Shown here: positions 47,116-58,114 of the stretch, one piece after another
Layout: each line of letters begins with the position of its first letter
Position numbering within the stretch: the first letter of the stretch is position 1
NCBI GenBank assembly: GCA_963729715.1
Contig: CAVSPA010000005.1
Location: 192,001-256,000, forward strand
Direction of reading: 5' to 3'
Origin: an uncultured delta proteobacterium
GTDB lineage: Bacteria; Desulfobacterota; Syntrophia; Syntrophales; UBA2185
DNA: 64,000 nucleotides
Position numbers and translations under genes: made by a program
Notes under the pieces: generated by a model
Told to the model about the DNA's origin: nothing
What the model saw: the letters and a program-made list of their open reading frames with translations, nothing else
Databases searched by the model: none

Positions 47116-48591
47116 ATGTTACCGCTCGCAAGACACAATTCCATACTATACCCTACCCGAGAGGATGGGACATCAGGACAAGCGCTGACGACAAAATATA
47201 ACGGGCAGTCATTGGAAACACAAAAATTTATACATCAGGAAGGAAGTGTAATAGTCATTGGCGGCGGCGCAAGCGGCATGATGGCCGCAGGGAGGGCCGC
47301 GGAAATGGGTGCGCATGTCACCCTCCTCGAAAAATCCGGAAACCTTGGCCAGAAGATACTCGTGAGCGGGAAGACGCGCTGCAACCTGACAAATGCCAAG
47401 GATCTAGATCATTTCATTTCCATGTATGGTCAAAACGGCCGATTTCTCTACAGGGCCTTTCATAACTTCTTTCGCGAAGATCTCATCGCCTTCTTGAGTC
47501 GCTATCGTGTGGAAACGAAGATTGAGAGAGGTGGGAGGGTCTTTCCGGTTTCTGACAGGGCAGAAGATGTTGTCAACGCTTTCGAGAAATATCTCTCTGA
47601 TTACGGTGTGGAGATATACAGGCACACGCGGGTCACAGGCATCGAGACCCGTAACAAACAGGTAACAGGTGTGATGACTGCAGACGGCAAATTTCAGGCG
47701 GGCACCGTCATCCTGGCTGCGGGCGGTTCGACCTATCCCGCAACCGGTTCTACGGGGGACGGCTATACGATGGCTGCCGCCCTCGGACACACCATAACTA
47801 AACTCCGTCCCTCATTAGTACCCCTTGTTGTCAAGGAGGTACCTCTCGCAAAATCCTTGCAGGGGGTGAGCCTCAGGAATGTCCGTCTCACGGCGTTTCA
47901 GTGCCGGGCCGATCAAATTGATCCGTCGCTTGTGCCAGATCGTGACACGGGCCGCGGCTCAGCAAACAGGCGACCACACCCGCCCGTTATCGAAAGCCGC
48001 ATGGGAGAGATGATGATAACCCATTTCGGCATCGGGGGGCCAATTACACTGCTCATGAGCCTGGCCATTGTCGATGCCCTAAGGCGGGGACCGGTGAGTA
48101 TTTCCATAGATCTCAAGGCGGCCCTTGACAGGAGAGAACTCCGTAAGCGCCTCCAGCGTGATTTCGACCGCTTCAGCAAAAAAGCATTCCGCAATATCAT
48201 GTCAGGACTCGTTCCTGCCAAAATGGTCGATCCCCTTGTTTTAATGACAGGCATCCCGCCGGATAAGCCAGGTTGCCAGCTGAACGCTCAAGAACGTGAG
48301 AGGCTCCTCGAGCAGATGAAGTCTCTTCGCTTCAATATCAAACAGCCTCTACCCATGTCATCGGCCATTGTGACTGCCGGAGGCATATCGCTGAAAGAAA
48401 TTGATCCGCAAACGATGGCGTCGCGCAAGCTAAATGGCCTCTATTTCTGCGGCGAAGTGATAGACATTGACGCCGATACCGGAGGCTACAATCTCCAGGC
48501 CGCCTTTTCAACAGGCTACCTCGCCGGTGAAGAGGCCGCAGCCTATGTTAATTTGAGGTTACCCTCCATCGATCGGCATACGGATATTTAG
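47116..48591 (+). CDS. BaiN/HI0933-family flavoprotein; true start probably further downstream
   Basis: GGGASGMMAA, KILVSGKTRCNLTN, YPATGSTGDG and TGGYNLQAAFSTG. Confidence 0.92.
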   Translation: MLPLARHNSILYPTREDGTSGQALTTKYNGQSLETQKFIHQEGSVIVIGGGASGMMAAGRAAEMGAHVTLLEKSGNLGQKILVSGKTRCNLTNAKDLDHFISMYGQNGRFLYRAFHNFFREDLIAFLSRYRVETKIERGGRVFPVSDRAEDVVNAFEKYLSDYGVEIYRHTRVTGIETRNKQVTGVMTADGKFQAGTVILAAGGSTYPATGSTGDGYTMAAALGHTITKLRPSLVPLVVKEVPLAKSLQGVSLRNVRLTAFQCRADQIDPSLVPDRDTGRGSANRRPHPPVIESRMGEMMITHFGIGGPITLLMSLAIVDALRRGPVSISIDLKAALDRRELRKRLQRDFDRFSKKAFRNIMSGLVPAKMVDPLVLMTGIPPDKPGCQLNAQERERLLEQMKSLRFNIKQPLPMSSAIVTAGGISLKEIDPQTMASRKLNGLYFCGEVIDIDADTGGYNLQAAFSTGYLAGEEAAAYVNLRLPSIDRHTDI

Positions 48592-48596
48592 AATTA

Positions 48597-49064
48597 TTAT
48601 TCCTCTTTCTCTGGCGCTTTCTCCTGCGCCTTTTCCTTCACTTTCTTCTTCTCCGGCTTTTGCTCCTTTTCCGGCTTCTGTTCCTTTTCCTGCTTCGGCT
48701 CCTTTACCTGCTCCTGTACCTTTTCCTTCTTTTTCTTTTTTTCTTTCCCCTCCGGAGGGGTTTCCTTCGATGACTTCCCTTTTTTTCCTGCCCGCTCTTT
48801 CGGCGCGGCCAGGGAAGCCGCCTTTTCAGCCGCTTTTTCCGCCTTCATTTTTGCCAGTTCTTCTGTCCTTCTTTCATTAGCGGCGATCGCTGTCAGTCTG
48901 TCATTCATGGCCCTAATATTAGCCCGCAGTTTCTTAACGAGCGCGTCTTTATCGATCCGGGGGGATTCGATCCCCTTTTTAGCAAGGAAAGACAGGCGTT
49001 CCTCCAGCCCTCGTTCGAAATACGCCTTTTGCCTCTCTTGCGCCTCTTTATTTCTCAACCCCAT
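48597..49064 (-). CDS. Hypothetical Lys/Glu-rich protein with KEQKPE repeats
   Basis: GGAGGAG RBS; helical N-terminus and low-complexity tail. Confidence 0.75.
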   Translation of the reverse strand: MGLRNKEAQERQKAYFERGLEERLSFLAKKGIESPRIDKDALVKKLRANIRAMNDRLTAIAANERRTEELAKMKAEKAAEKAASLAAPKERAGKKGKSSKETPPEGKEKKKKKEKVQEQVKEPKQEKEQKPEKEQKPEKKKVKEKAQEKAPEKEE

Positions 49065-49825
49065 ATCTTCTCCTCCCTTTGCGATTCACTTATTTTTTAC
49101 CGGCAGCCAACAGATCGTACAGCATTTTCTCTTTGCTGCCGTCAGATGATTGCTACAGATATATGTATCAGGAAACAAGACTAAAAACCATCATATTTCT
49201 CTATATGGCAACTGCGATGGGGGACGTCTTCTTTTGGATTCGCCGCGCATTGATGAACAAAGCAGATAAGAGAAAGTATCTAAAAGTCGCATATCTTGTG
49301 CGTCGCCCAGAAGGAGGGCAGCCATTACTTGCCCAAATTTATCAGATCCTGATTTACACAAGATTATATTATCGGATATTCTCACTGACAGGAATTCAAT
49401 CCATTACAGATTCTTATATTCAGAGTGTTTTTGAATAATCAACCTTTCAAGTTCATCGAAAAAAGTCAATTGATGGTCATTTCTTTCAGACGCATTCTCT
49501 TCAGCAATTTTTGACGGTTCATATTTGGACCAATCCAATTCCGTTTGTATATGTTTATCGCTATCGGTAACCGGTAGCAATAGATAGACGAAACAATTTT
49601 CTCTTATCCAGCCCATGCAATCTTAGCCATGACACCTTCTGCTAACAAAAATGCACCATTTCATGCCGCCTTCCTCTCAATATTTCTAAGCGTTGCCAAT
49701 CCCTCACCGGTCTTATATTCGCACGCATTATTCATGCTCGTTCTTGCAGGGATGCCGGATTAAGCGGGTCACATCTTCGAGGTGTCAGTATAAGAATTAC
49801 AATAATCGGCACCGACAGAGGAGTC

Positions 49826-51178
49826 TTACAGCAAATTCAGTATTTCACTGAGACTCGGGTGGGGGATAATCCAGTTTTTCAGTTCCTTCTTCCCCATGCG
49901 GTTTGCGACGGCCAGGCTCACGGATGCGATCAGCTCGCCCGCGTCGTCTCCGACGATCGTTACTCCCATTAGGCTGTCGCCGCAGAAGACCGCCTTTACG
50001 AACCCGTTCCCTTTGAGTTCTGTCCTCGCCATGATATTTGCCCCATATTCAACCCTCTTTATTTCCACCTTTAAGCCCAGTTCTCTTGCCTGCTTTTCCG
50101 TGAGCCCCACGCGCGCCACGTTCGGGTGCGTGTATACCACGGAAGGCACTGCGTCATCCCTGTATGTAATCGAGCGGTCGCCATAGAGGTAACTTGCAAC
50201 CGCTCTGCCCTGCTGCATAGCCCTGTGCGCAAGCATGATACCTCCGGTCACATCGCCGACGGCATAGATGCCCTGCACGTTGGTCATCTGGCGGTCATCG
50301 ACAGAGATCCCCTTCTGATCGTACAAAATACCGCATCGATTCAATTCTTCCGAGTGTAAGAGCGGTTTCCTGCCTGTACACATAAGGACGCAATCGGCGG
50401 TCAATTCAAGTGGCTTTGCATTTTGATTCGCTTTCAGCAAAACGCCGTTTGATGTCTCCTCGATTGCCTCCATCCGTGTTGACGTGTGAATGGCAACACC
50501 GAGGTGGATGAGGTCATGCCTTATCAAATCGTCGGCCTCTCTATCCTCATGGGGGAGGAGTCCATCCAAGAGTTCAATGATGGTCACTTTGACTCCGAGC
50601 TCAGCGAGGAATGTGGCAATTTCAATCCCAATGAAGCTCCCCCCGACAATGATGACGGCTTTCGGCAGAGTCTCCAGCACGAGAAAGCCATCGGATGTCA
50701 AGATTCTGTGAGACGTCTCGAAACCACGCGGCAGGAGGGATTCCGAACCCCAGGCAATAATGATATTATCGGCAGTCAGATGATGTCTCTCTCCCGCAGG
50801 TGACATAAATTCCACCTCCCGGGAAGAAATAAGATGCCCCTCTCCGGCCTTCAGGTCCACGCCTGCATCCTCAAGAGATTGCTGAGCGCCCTTGGCGGAA
50901 AGAGTGACCATCTGCCGCTGATGGCGTTTGATCGCGGCGAAATCCACCCCGGCCTCGCCTGTGGAAATACCGAGACGCTTCATTCTTTTGAGGTTCATGT
51001 ACTGCCTGCTGCACGCCAGTAGCGCCTTTGTGGGAATGCAGCCCCGGTGGGTGCATGTGCCGCCCCATTGATTTTTTTCTATGACGGCAACCCTGGCTCC
51101 CCATCTCGCAGCGTGTTCAGCCGCGGCATGGCCTCCGGGACCCGCTCCGATGATGATAAGATCATATGTCTCAGACAC
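49826..51178 (-). CDS. lpdA: Dihydrolipoamide dehydrogenase
   Basis: GAGPGG, GGTCTHRGCIPTK, GGSFIGIE and HPSLSE. Confidence 0.93.
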   Translation of the reverse strand: MSETYDLIIIGAGPGGHAAAEHAARWGARVAVIEKNQWGGTCTHRGCIPTKALLACSRQYMNLKRMKRLGISTGEAGVDFAAIKRHQRQMVTLSAKGAQQSLEDAGVDLKAGEGHLISSREVEFMSPAGERHHLTADNIIIAWGSESLLPRGFETSHRILTSDGFLVLETLPKAVIIVGGSFIGIEIATFLAELGVKVTIIELLDGLLPHEDREADDLIRHDLIHLGVAIHTSTRMEAIEETSNGVLLKANQNAKPLELTADCVLMCTGRKPLLHSEELNRCGILYDQKGISVDDRQMTNVQGIYAVGDVTGGIMLAHRAMQQGRAVASYLYGDRSITYRDDAVPSVVYTHPNVARVGLTEKQARELGLKVEIKRVEYGANIMARTELKGNGFVKAVFCGDSLMGVTIVGDDAGELIASVSLAVANRMGKKELKNWIIPHPSLSEILNLL

Positions 51179-51201
51179 GATGCTGCCTTTCCCGATTCAG
51201 T

Positions 51202-52056
51202 TTAAGAGATCATCATTGCTGCATGGTAGGAACTGCGCACGAGGGGGCCTGCTTCCACGCGCTTCACCCCCAGTTCCTGCGCCATCTCTTTCATGGCTTC
51301 AAATTCATCCGGGTGGTAGTACTTCATGACAGGCCAGTGATTGCGCGACGGCTGCTGGTACTGGCCGATAGTCACCGTTTCGCAATGAACACGAGCCAGA
51401 TCGTGAAGCAAAACCATGATGTCATTCCAGCTCTCTCCGAAGCCTACCATGAATCCTGATTTGACGGCTATTCCCTTCTTGCCGTATTTGCTTGTCCGAT
51501 GGAGCAGATCGAGAGACAGATGATAATTGCCCTGCGGTCTGATGCGGTTGAAAAAAGTGGGAACGCATTCCATGTTGTGGTTTATCACGGAGGGTCTGCT
51601 CCTGACTATGCATTCGAGGGCTCCCCAATTGCCGCTGAGGTCCGGAATAAGGACTTCCACCCTGCATCCCGGCACCTCCTGATATAGCCTGTCCACGCAG
51701 CGGGCAAACATCCCTGCCCCTCCGTCTGCGAGGTCGTCCCTTGTGACAGATGTGATAACGATATACCTAAGCCCCAGCTCTTTTACCGCCTCGGTGAGTC
51801 GTTCCGGTTCCATTTCATCCAATCCTGCAGGCGTCCCGTGCCGGACATTGCAGTAGAGACAGTTTCTCGTGCAGATGTTCCCGAGAATTAAAAAAGTGGC
51901 CGTACCGGAATGAAAACATTCTGTGACATTGGGGCAATGCGCCTCCTGACAGATGGAATGGAGATTAAACTGCGACAGAACCCCTTTCACATGCTGGAAT
52001 TCATGCGAGGCAGGGAGTTTTACTTTTAACCATTCAGGCTTCCTTTTTATCTGCAT
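51202..52056 (-). CDS. lipA: Lipoyl synthase
   Basis: CQEAHCPNVTEC, CTRNCLYC and VRSSY. Confidence 0.96.
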   Translation of the reverse strand: MQIKRKPEWLKVKLPASHEFQHVKGVLSQFNLHSICQEAHCPNVTECFHSGTATFLILGNICTRNCLYCNVRHGTPAGLDEMEPERLTEAVKELGLRYIVITSVTRDDLADGGAGMFARCVDRLYQEVPGCRVEVLIPDLSGNWGALECIVRSRPSVINHNMECVPTFFNRIRPQGNYHLSLDLLHRTSKYGKKGIAVKSGFMVGFGESWNDIMVLLHDLARVHCETVTIGQYQQPSRNHWPVMKYYHPDEFEAMKEMAQELGVKRVEAGPLVRSSYHAAMMIS

Positions 52057-52444
52057 TCACACCCTGAGCCCTTTTCTTGGCCTTGGAGATACTGAAAAAA
52101 CCGAAGATGAGAAACATGACCCCCATGATGAGATGCGGAAATGCAGCATCAATCCTACCCTCGCGGATAAATGTCATCACTGCCTGCACCATATTTATAA
52201 GACCGAAAACGAGGAAGATCATAGGCGCGATATAGTTGACGAGTTTGCGTGCGTCTACGGGAAGTTTGGGAAGTCCCGGCACCTGCGCCCGGGCTGGAGC
52301 CGAATCAGTCTTGCCCGGCTGCGCTTGAGCCGGCTTCTCTTCCATGGCATCCTTTTCCTTCCCCGCAAGGGCCCAGATGATTCTGTCTCTTTCTCTCGGA
52401 TTCTTGACGGTCTTGAGTTTTCTGATGAGTTTATCCCTGTCCAT
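52034..52444 (-). CDS. Hypothetical two-TM membrane protein within the gcv cluster
   Basis: Co-oriented ORF between gcvPB and lipA with two hydrophobic helices. Confidence 0.7.
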   Translation of the reverse strand: MDRDKLIRKLKTVKNPRERDRIIWALAGKEKDAMEEKPAQAQPGKTDSAPARAQVPGLPKLPVDARKLVNYIAPMIFLVFGLINMVQAVMTFIREGRIDAAFPHLIMGVMFLIFGFFSISKAKKRAQGVNADKKEA

Positions 52445-52491
52445 TTCTTTCTTCCTTCCCTTATTATATCAACGTATGTCCAGTCCCTCGC

Positions 52492-53934
52492 TTAAGTTTT
52501 TCCCCAGCATACATCAGGCTCCCTGGCCGCCTTCACATCATCGAGACGCCTCACGGCAGTTGTAAGGGGCGCTGATTTTACCAGCTCAGGATTTTCTTTC
52601 GCTTCCCCGGCAATAGCAATCATGGTATCGCAGAAGGCGTCAAGGGTCTCCTTGCTTTCCGTCTCGTTGGGTTCGATCATAATTGCCTCGGGCACGATGA
52701 GGGGAAAATATATCGTCGGCGGATGATAGCCGTAATCGAGGAGACGCTTGGCAATATCCGAGGTGTGGACACCGCCCTCTTTGACCTGCCTATTTCCCGA
52801 GAAGACGCACTCATGCATGCATATCCGGTCATAGGGTAGGTCATAAAAGGCCCTTAATCGCTCCTTAATGTAATTGGCGTTGAGGACAGCGGTTTCACTT
52901 GCCTTCTTCAAGCCCTTCGGCCCGAGAGACCTGATATATGTGTAGGCCTTTACCATCACGTTAAAATTTCCATAAAATGTCCTTACCCGACCGATGCTAT
53001 CCGGAAAGTCATACTTCCAATCGTACCTTCTCCCTTTTCTTATGATACGAGGCAAGGGAAGATGCCGAACCAGATCTTTCCTGACTCCTACGGGCCCGCT
53101 CCCGGGACCGCCGCAGCCATGTGGCGTCGAGAACGTCTTGTGAAGATTGAGCTGAATTACATCAATGCCGAGGTCGCCAGGTTTTGTGACTCCCATAAAG
53201 GCGTTGGCATTGGCGCCGTCGCAGTATAATATCCCTCCCCTTCTGTGAACAATCTCAGAAACCTTTTCAATATTTCTCTCAAAGAGGCCCAGGGTGTTGG
53301 GGTTTGTAATCATCAACCCAGCTACATCCTTCGTCATCAGTTCCCGAAGATGGGCGATATCGACGCCTCCCTCGGCATTTGACCGCACGGTAACGACATG
53401 ATAGCCGCACAATGCGCTCGAAGCAGGGTTTGTTCCGTGGGCCGTATCGGGTATCAGAATTTTTGAGCGCTTCTGTCCTCTTCTCTCGAAATATTTCTTG
53501 ATGACCATGACGCCGGTGAGTTCCCCATGCGCCCCTGCGGCGGGCTGAAGGGCAAAATCGGCCATGCCGAATATCTCGCTCAAATATTGTCTGAGTTCGT
53601 ACATGATCTGTAATGATCCCTGGGAGAATTTAACCGGAGAATAGGGATGGAGGTTTGTAAATCCCGTCAGACGAGAGACCTCCTCATTGATCTTGGGATT
53701 GTACTTCATGGTGCACGAGCCGAGAGGATAGAAGCCCACATCAACACCGAAATTCCGTTTCGATAATTGTGTATAATGGCGGATGAGATCCACCTCCGCC
53801 ACTTCCGGGAGGTCAACATCATCCCTGAGCAGGCTCTTGTTAATAATATCTGTAATCGCCACCTCGGGCACATCCGCTTCCGGAATACTTGTGGCTATTC
53901 TTCCCGGCCTGCTCTTTTCAAATATAAGTTCCAT
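52492..53934 (-). CDS. gcvPB: Glycine dehydrogenase subunit 2
   Basis: [20 protein letters not shown] and [15 protein letters not shown]. Confidence 0.97.
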   Translation of the reverse strand: MELIFEKSRPGRIATSIPEADVPEVAITDIINKSLLRDDVDLPEVAEVDLIRHYTQLSKRNFGVDVGFYPLGSCTMKYNPKINEEVSRLTGFTNLHPYSPVKFSQGSLQIMYELRQYLSEIFGMADFALQPAAGAHGELTGVMVIKKYFERRGQKRSKILIPDTAHGTNPASSALCGYHVVTVRSNAEGGVDIAHLRELMTKDVAGLMITNPNTLGLFERNIEKVSEIVHRRGGILYCDGANANAFMGVTKPGDLGIDVIQLNLHKTFSTPHGCGGPGSGPVGVRKDLVRHLPLPRIIRKGRRYDWKYDFPDSIGRVRTFYGNFNVMVKAYTYIRSLGPKGLKKASETAVLNANYIKERLRAFYDLPYDRICMHECVFSGNRQVKEGGVHTSDIAKRLLDYGYHPPTIYFPLIVPEAIMIEPNETESKETLDAFCDTMIAIAGEAKENPELVKSAPLTTAVRRLDDVKAAREPDVCWGKT

Positions 53935-53957
53935 GAATTACCTCCGGCTTCTATATA

Positions 53958-55283
53958 TCAAGCAACAAGGGAAACTATTCTGTCGATGTCGTCTCTCGTA
54001 AGCATCTCCGTGGCGCAGAAGAGGAGGGCGTTTCCAAGTTCAGGATAATCTTTTTCGAGGTCATATCCGCCTGTGATACCTGCAGCCTCGAGTTTCCGAT
54101 TGGCCATCTTCGGATCGGGACAGCGAATGACGAATTCATTGTAAACAGGGGCGGTGAAGACCGCCTCCCAGCCTGCGAGCTCCGAGAGCTTACGCTTCAG
54201 ATAATGAGTTTTCCGAATGTTGAGCTCCGCTAATTTTTTTAGGTTCTTCCCGAGACTGACGAGATAGACTGCAGCGGCCAGGGCACAGAGAGCTTCATTG
54301 GAACAGATATTCGACGTAGCCCTTTCCCGCCTGATGTGCTGTTCCCGTGTTTGCAGTGTCAGGACGAAACCTCGCTTGCCCTCTTTGTCAACCGTGGCTC
54401 CGGCAAGCCGGCCGGGGATCTTCCTTAAGAATTTGTCCGTACTCGCAAAAATCCCAAGATAGGGGCCTCCGTAGTTCATGGGGTTTCCGAAACCCTGCCC
54501 TTCTCCCACCACGAAATCCGCTCCCATTTCACCCGCCGGCTTAAGAATACCTAAAGACGTTGCTTCTGTGAATGCTGAGACAAGGAGCGCTCCCTTTGCA
54601 TGCACCGTGGGCTCGATTGCGGCAATATCTTCGATGACGCCAAAAAAGTTGGGACTCTGAACCAGGACCGCTGCCGTCCGATCGTCCACAGCACTGGATA
54701 GCGCGTCCCTATTAAGCTGACCCGATTTGCCATAAGGAATTTCCACGACCTCGTATCCATTCGCCCAAGCATATGTATCGACAACCTGCCGGTACTCAGG
54801 ATGGACGGAACTGACAATGACAATTTTCTCCCTGCTCAAGGTCTTGGCAGCGAGCACCATTGCTTCCGCCATGGCCGAGGCGCCGTCATACATGGAGGCA
54901 TTGGCAACCTGCATGCCCGTAACCTTCGCTATCATGGTCTGATATTCATAGATGGCCTGGAGTATTCCCTGGCTGATCTCCGCCTGGTAAGGGGTATAAG
55001 CCGTGTAGAACTCGGAGCGCGAAATGACATGGCCCACAACTGCCGGGATATAATGGTTGTAAACCCCTGCCCCCATGAGGGTAATCGGAGGAACGGCGTT
55101 TCGGTTACTAATGCCCTGCATCAGTGCCGCGACCTCTTGCTCGGAGAGTCCGAGAGGCAGGTCGAGTAGCCCCTTTAATTTATATTTTTCGGGAATATCG
55201 GAAAACAGTTCCTCAACTATTTTGATGCCGATAATGTCCGTCATCTGTCTTTGATCTTCCTGGGTGTGTGGAACATAGTCCAT
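53958..55283 (-). CDS. gcvPA: Glycine dehydrogenase subunit 1
   Basis: EFYTAYTPYQAEISQG, NASMYDG and REQHIRRERATSNICSN. Confidence 0.97.
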   Translation of the reverse strand: MDYVPHTQEDQRQMTDIIGIKIVEELFSDIPEKYKLKGLLDLPLGLSEQEVAALMQGISNRNAVPPITLMGAGVYNHYIPAVVGHVISRSEFYTAYTPYQAEISQGILQAIYEYQTMIAKVTGMQVANASMYDGASAMAEAMVLAAKTLSREKIVIVSSVHPEYRQVVDTYAWANGYEVVEIPYGKSGQLNRDALSSAVDDRTAAVLVQSPNFFGVIEDIAAIEPTVHAKGALLVSAFTEATSLGILKPAGEMGADFVVGEGQGFGNPMNYGGPYLGIFASTDKFLRKIPGRLAGATVDKEGKRGFVLTLQTREQHIRRERATSNICSNEALCALAAAVYLVSLGKNLKKLAELNIRKTHYLKRKLSELAGWEAVFTAPVYNEFVIRCPDPKMANRKLEAAGITGGYDLEKDYPELGNALLFCATEMLTRDDIDRIVSLVA

Positions 55284-55391
55284 TGCGCGATCCTTTCTCC
55301 GGCCTGCTTCGAGTAGCCTGATGTCGCGGGGTTTCGATGAAGCAATCCTTAAGATGGGATTGCCGCACCTGGGCCGCAAGCAAATGGCGGA

Positions 55392-55790
55392 TTAGTGCTT
55401 CTCTTCTTTGATCATCTCAGTGTAGCGGGCTGCATCCATAAGGTTATTCAATTCTGCAGGATCATCCATCTTAAGTTTAGCTATCCAGCCTTTTCCAAAG
55501 GCATCCTGATTTACAAGTTCCGGATGCTCCTCCAGTTCCTTATTTACTTCCATGATTTCGCCGCTCACGGGCGAGAAGACGTCAGAAACAGACTTTACGG
55601 ATTCCACCACCGCCACCGGTTCCATTTGCTTGACTTTCTTGCCTATTACCGGGAGCTCCACAAAGACGACATCCGTAAGTAGCTCCTGAGCGTGATCCGT
55701 AATGCCCATCCTGATCGTTCCGTCTCCTTCATCCATTGCCCATTCATGTTCCTTTGAATACTTCCTGTCTGCTGGATTTGGCTTTGACAT
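55392..55790 (-). CDS. gcvH: Glycine cleavage H protein
   Basis: HEW, GITDHAQ and VESVK (lipoyl Lys). Confidence 0.97.
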   Translation of the reverse strand: MSKPNPADRKYSKEHEWAMDEGDGTIRMGITDHAQELLTDVVFVELPVIGKKVKQMEPVAVVESVKSVSDVFSPVSGEIMEVNKELEEHPELVNQDAFGKGWIAKLKMDDPAELNNLMDAARYTEMIKEEKH

Positions 55791-55854
55791 TGTTCTCCCC
55801 CTTCAGTCTATCCTTCTATGTCTTCAACACAGTTTGCCGCATATTCCGAGAACA

Positions 55855-56949
55855 TCATTTCTGCCTCCTGTAAAAAGGCAATTCCACAATCCGCGCTCTC
55901 GCATGGTGATCGCGGATCTCAATGAAAATATCTGTGCCCGGCCTGCTGTATGGCACCGGCACAAAAGCCAGTCCCACCGCCTTCTGCAAGGTAGGAGTAT
56001 ATGTCCCCGATGTCACAACGCCCACTTCGGTCGCATCCTTGAAGACCTTGTACCCGTGTCTTGCTATTCCTCTATCTTCCATCTTGAAGCCGACGAGTTT
56101 TTTCGCTAAGCCCTTTTCTTTCAGCCGCTTCAAAGCAGAACTCCCGGCAAAATTTTTCTCCAGATTTGTTACCCACCCGTAAACGACCTCCAGTGGCGTA
56201 ATCGTCTCGTCCATATCGTTTCCGTATAACATCATCCCCGCTTCGAGTCGCAGGGTGTCCCGTGCGCCCAATCCGACGGGTTTAAGCCCGCGGCCCGTCC
56301 CGATCTCGAGGAGTTTGTCCCAGATTTCTCCTATCCTCCGACTCTCCGTATAGATCTCGAAGCCTTCCTCACCGGTGTAACCGCTGCGTGACACGAGAGC
56401 GGGTATTTTCATAACCTGCGTGTCCTTGGCATGGTAGAAAGTCAAAGGTGCCAGATCATCTGATGCAATGTTCTGGAGAATCTCCTGTGACAGGGGTCCC
56501 TGCAGGTCTATCTTGCCTGTTCGATCGCTATTGTCAATAACCTCCACGCTGGATAAACCCCGTGCTTTTCTCTGCGTCTCTATCCACGAGAGATCCTTAT
56601 CCTTCGTCCCGGCGTTTGTGACGAGCAGATAACGATCCCCCCCGAGACGATACACAGTTACATCATCGATGATGCCGCCGTTTTCATTCGTCATGACGCT
56701 CAGTTTTATCTGTCCTATGGCCTGTCCCTCTATATTTCTGCTCAGTACCCATTGCAGGAGATCAAAAGCCTGAGGTCCTTTGACCTCAATCTCTCCCATA
56801 TGGCAGATGTCAAATAGTCCCGCCTTCGTCCTGGTTGCATGGTGCTCTTCAATCACATTGCTGTATTGAACAGGCATGGCCCAGCCGCCGAAATCAATTA
56901 TTTTTGCGCCGAGCGCGACGTGATGGTCATAGAGTGGGGTTTTCTTCAT
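55855..56949 (-). CDS. gcvT: Glycine cleavage aminomethyltransferase
   Basis: KTPLY, FGGW.MP, FDICHMG, GYTGEEG.E and GARDTLRLEAG. Confidence 0.97.
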   Translation of the reverse strand: MKKTPLYDHHVALGAKIIDFGGWAMPVQYSNVIEEHHATRTKAGLFDICHMGEIEVKGPQAFDLLQWVLSRNIEGQAIGQIKLSVMTNENGGIIDDVTVYRLGGDRYLLVTNAGTKDKDLSWIETQRKARGLSSVEVIDNSDRTGKIDLQGPLSQEILQNIASDDLAPLTFYHAKDTQVMKIPALVSRSGYTGEEGFEIYTESRRIGEIWDKLLEIGTGRGLKPVGLGARDTLRLEAGMMLYGNDMDETITPLEVVYGWVTNLEKNFAGSSALKRLKEKGLAKKLVGFKMEDRGIARHGYKVFKDATEVGVVTSGTYTPTLQKAVGLAFVPVPYSRPGTDIFIEIRDHHARARIVELPFYRRQK

Positions 56950-57348
56950 TGACGGTTCTCCCCCGGGCGGCGGAAAGGATTGCAGAGCGCAGGCCCCGTC
57001 CGTCAAGCCGGTGCAATGAAAGAGCGTGTTTATGATTTAATGCCAGTACTTGCAGTAAATGAGGGACCAGATTATTAGAATAAAAAATACGAAGAAAAAT
57101 ACCTGTTCTCGTGAAAACCGTAAATCTTACAACGATATTCTTGCGATACTTGCAGATTGTCCATTTCGGTTCACTTAGGATACTGTTGGCGGATGAGAGA
57201 GTAGCTTTTCCTATATGCTTCCCGGCTCGCGCAATGGCAGAACAAGTAACATAGGCCACGCTGTATTTCAAGACATAAAAAAAATTGCCACGCTTCCTTT
57301 TATGCGCGGGAGGAATAGACTGTGAAACACGTATAAGAAAGGGCAATA

Positions 57349-57948
57349 TCAGATATTTCGGGAAATCCCGTTACCTGTAACTGTTTTCATCTTTTCAAAA
57401 GTCCTTTCGAAGAACTCTTGTTTTTGTTTCGGAATGTAAAGTGGGCCTTCGCAATCGATGATCAACTTGCCTGCAAGGTGGTCAATCTCATGTTGAGCGA
57501 CGCGGGCAACGTAATCTGTATAGCGCCTGTTGATTTTTCGCCCGCTTATATCAAACGCCTTGACTTTGATCTCCGGGAATCTGCTGACTTCGACCTGTAT
57601 TTCCGGGCATGAGAGACATCCCTCAGTCATGGTCACCATCTCACCACGGGCTTGAGTAATACGGGGGTTGATCAACAGCTCGTAATCGTCCTCGCTTTTT
57701 GACCAGCCCTTTTCATTGAATGCTTTGTTTCTGAAGATAATTATTTTTTTGCTTATGCCTATCTGCGGAGCCGCCAAACCTGCAGCTTCATCCATGGACA
57801 GGAAGGCATCGGCAAGGGTCCTAATCTCTTTTTTTCTTTCTTCATCGAAAGGAACCCGAATATCCTCACATAGCCTCCTCAGGACAAGGGTTTCCTCTTC
57901 ATTAATCTTGTCATTCTTCCACAGTGTGAGAACTCTTACATCTGACAT
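57349..57948 (-). CDS. def: Peptide deformylase
   Basis: AGLAAPQIG, EGCLS and QHEIDH. Confidence 0.93.
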   Translation of the reverse strand: MSDVRVLTLWKNDKINEEETLVLRRLCEDIRVPFDEERKKEIRTLADAFLSMDEAAGLAAPQIGISKKIIIFRNKAFNEKGWSKSEDDYELLINPRITQARGEMVTMTEGCLSCPEIQVEVSRFPEIKVKAFDISGRKINRRYTDYVARVAQHEIDHLAGKLIIDCEGPLYIPKQKQEFFERTFEKMKTVTGNGISRNI

Positions 57949-58114
57949 CGCTTTCCTCGTCGCAAGTCATTCAAGTTTTATATAGCACCCCGCATCCATT
58001 TTTTCAAGTCTCTTGCAATTTTCAAATACCCTTGATAATTTTACGTATGTCTGTTAGCTTTCTTTCCTTAGACGGACGGGGAAACCCATTGAAAATAACA
58101 ACGAGTGCGCAACC

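Noticed and set aside
56950..57348. Glycine riboswitch upstream of gcvT
   Set aside because: No GGAGA...CCGAAG...CTCAGG aptamer pattern on the minus strand.
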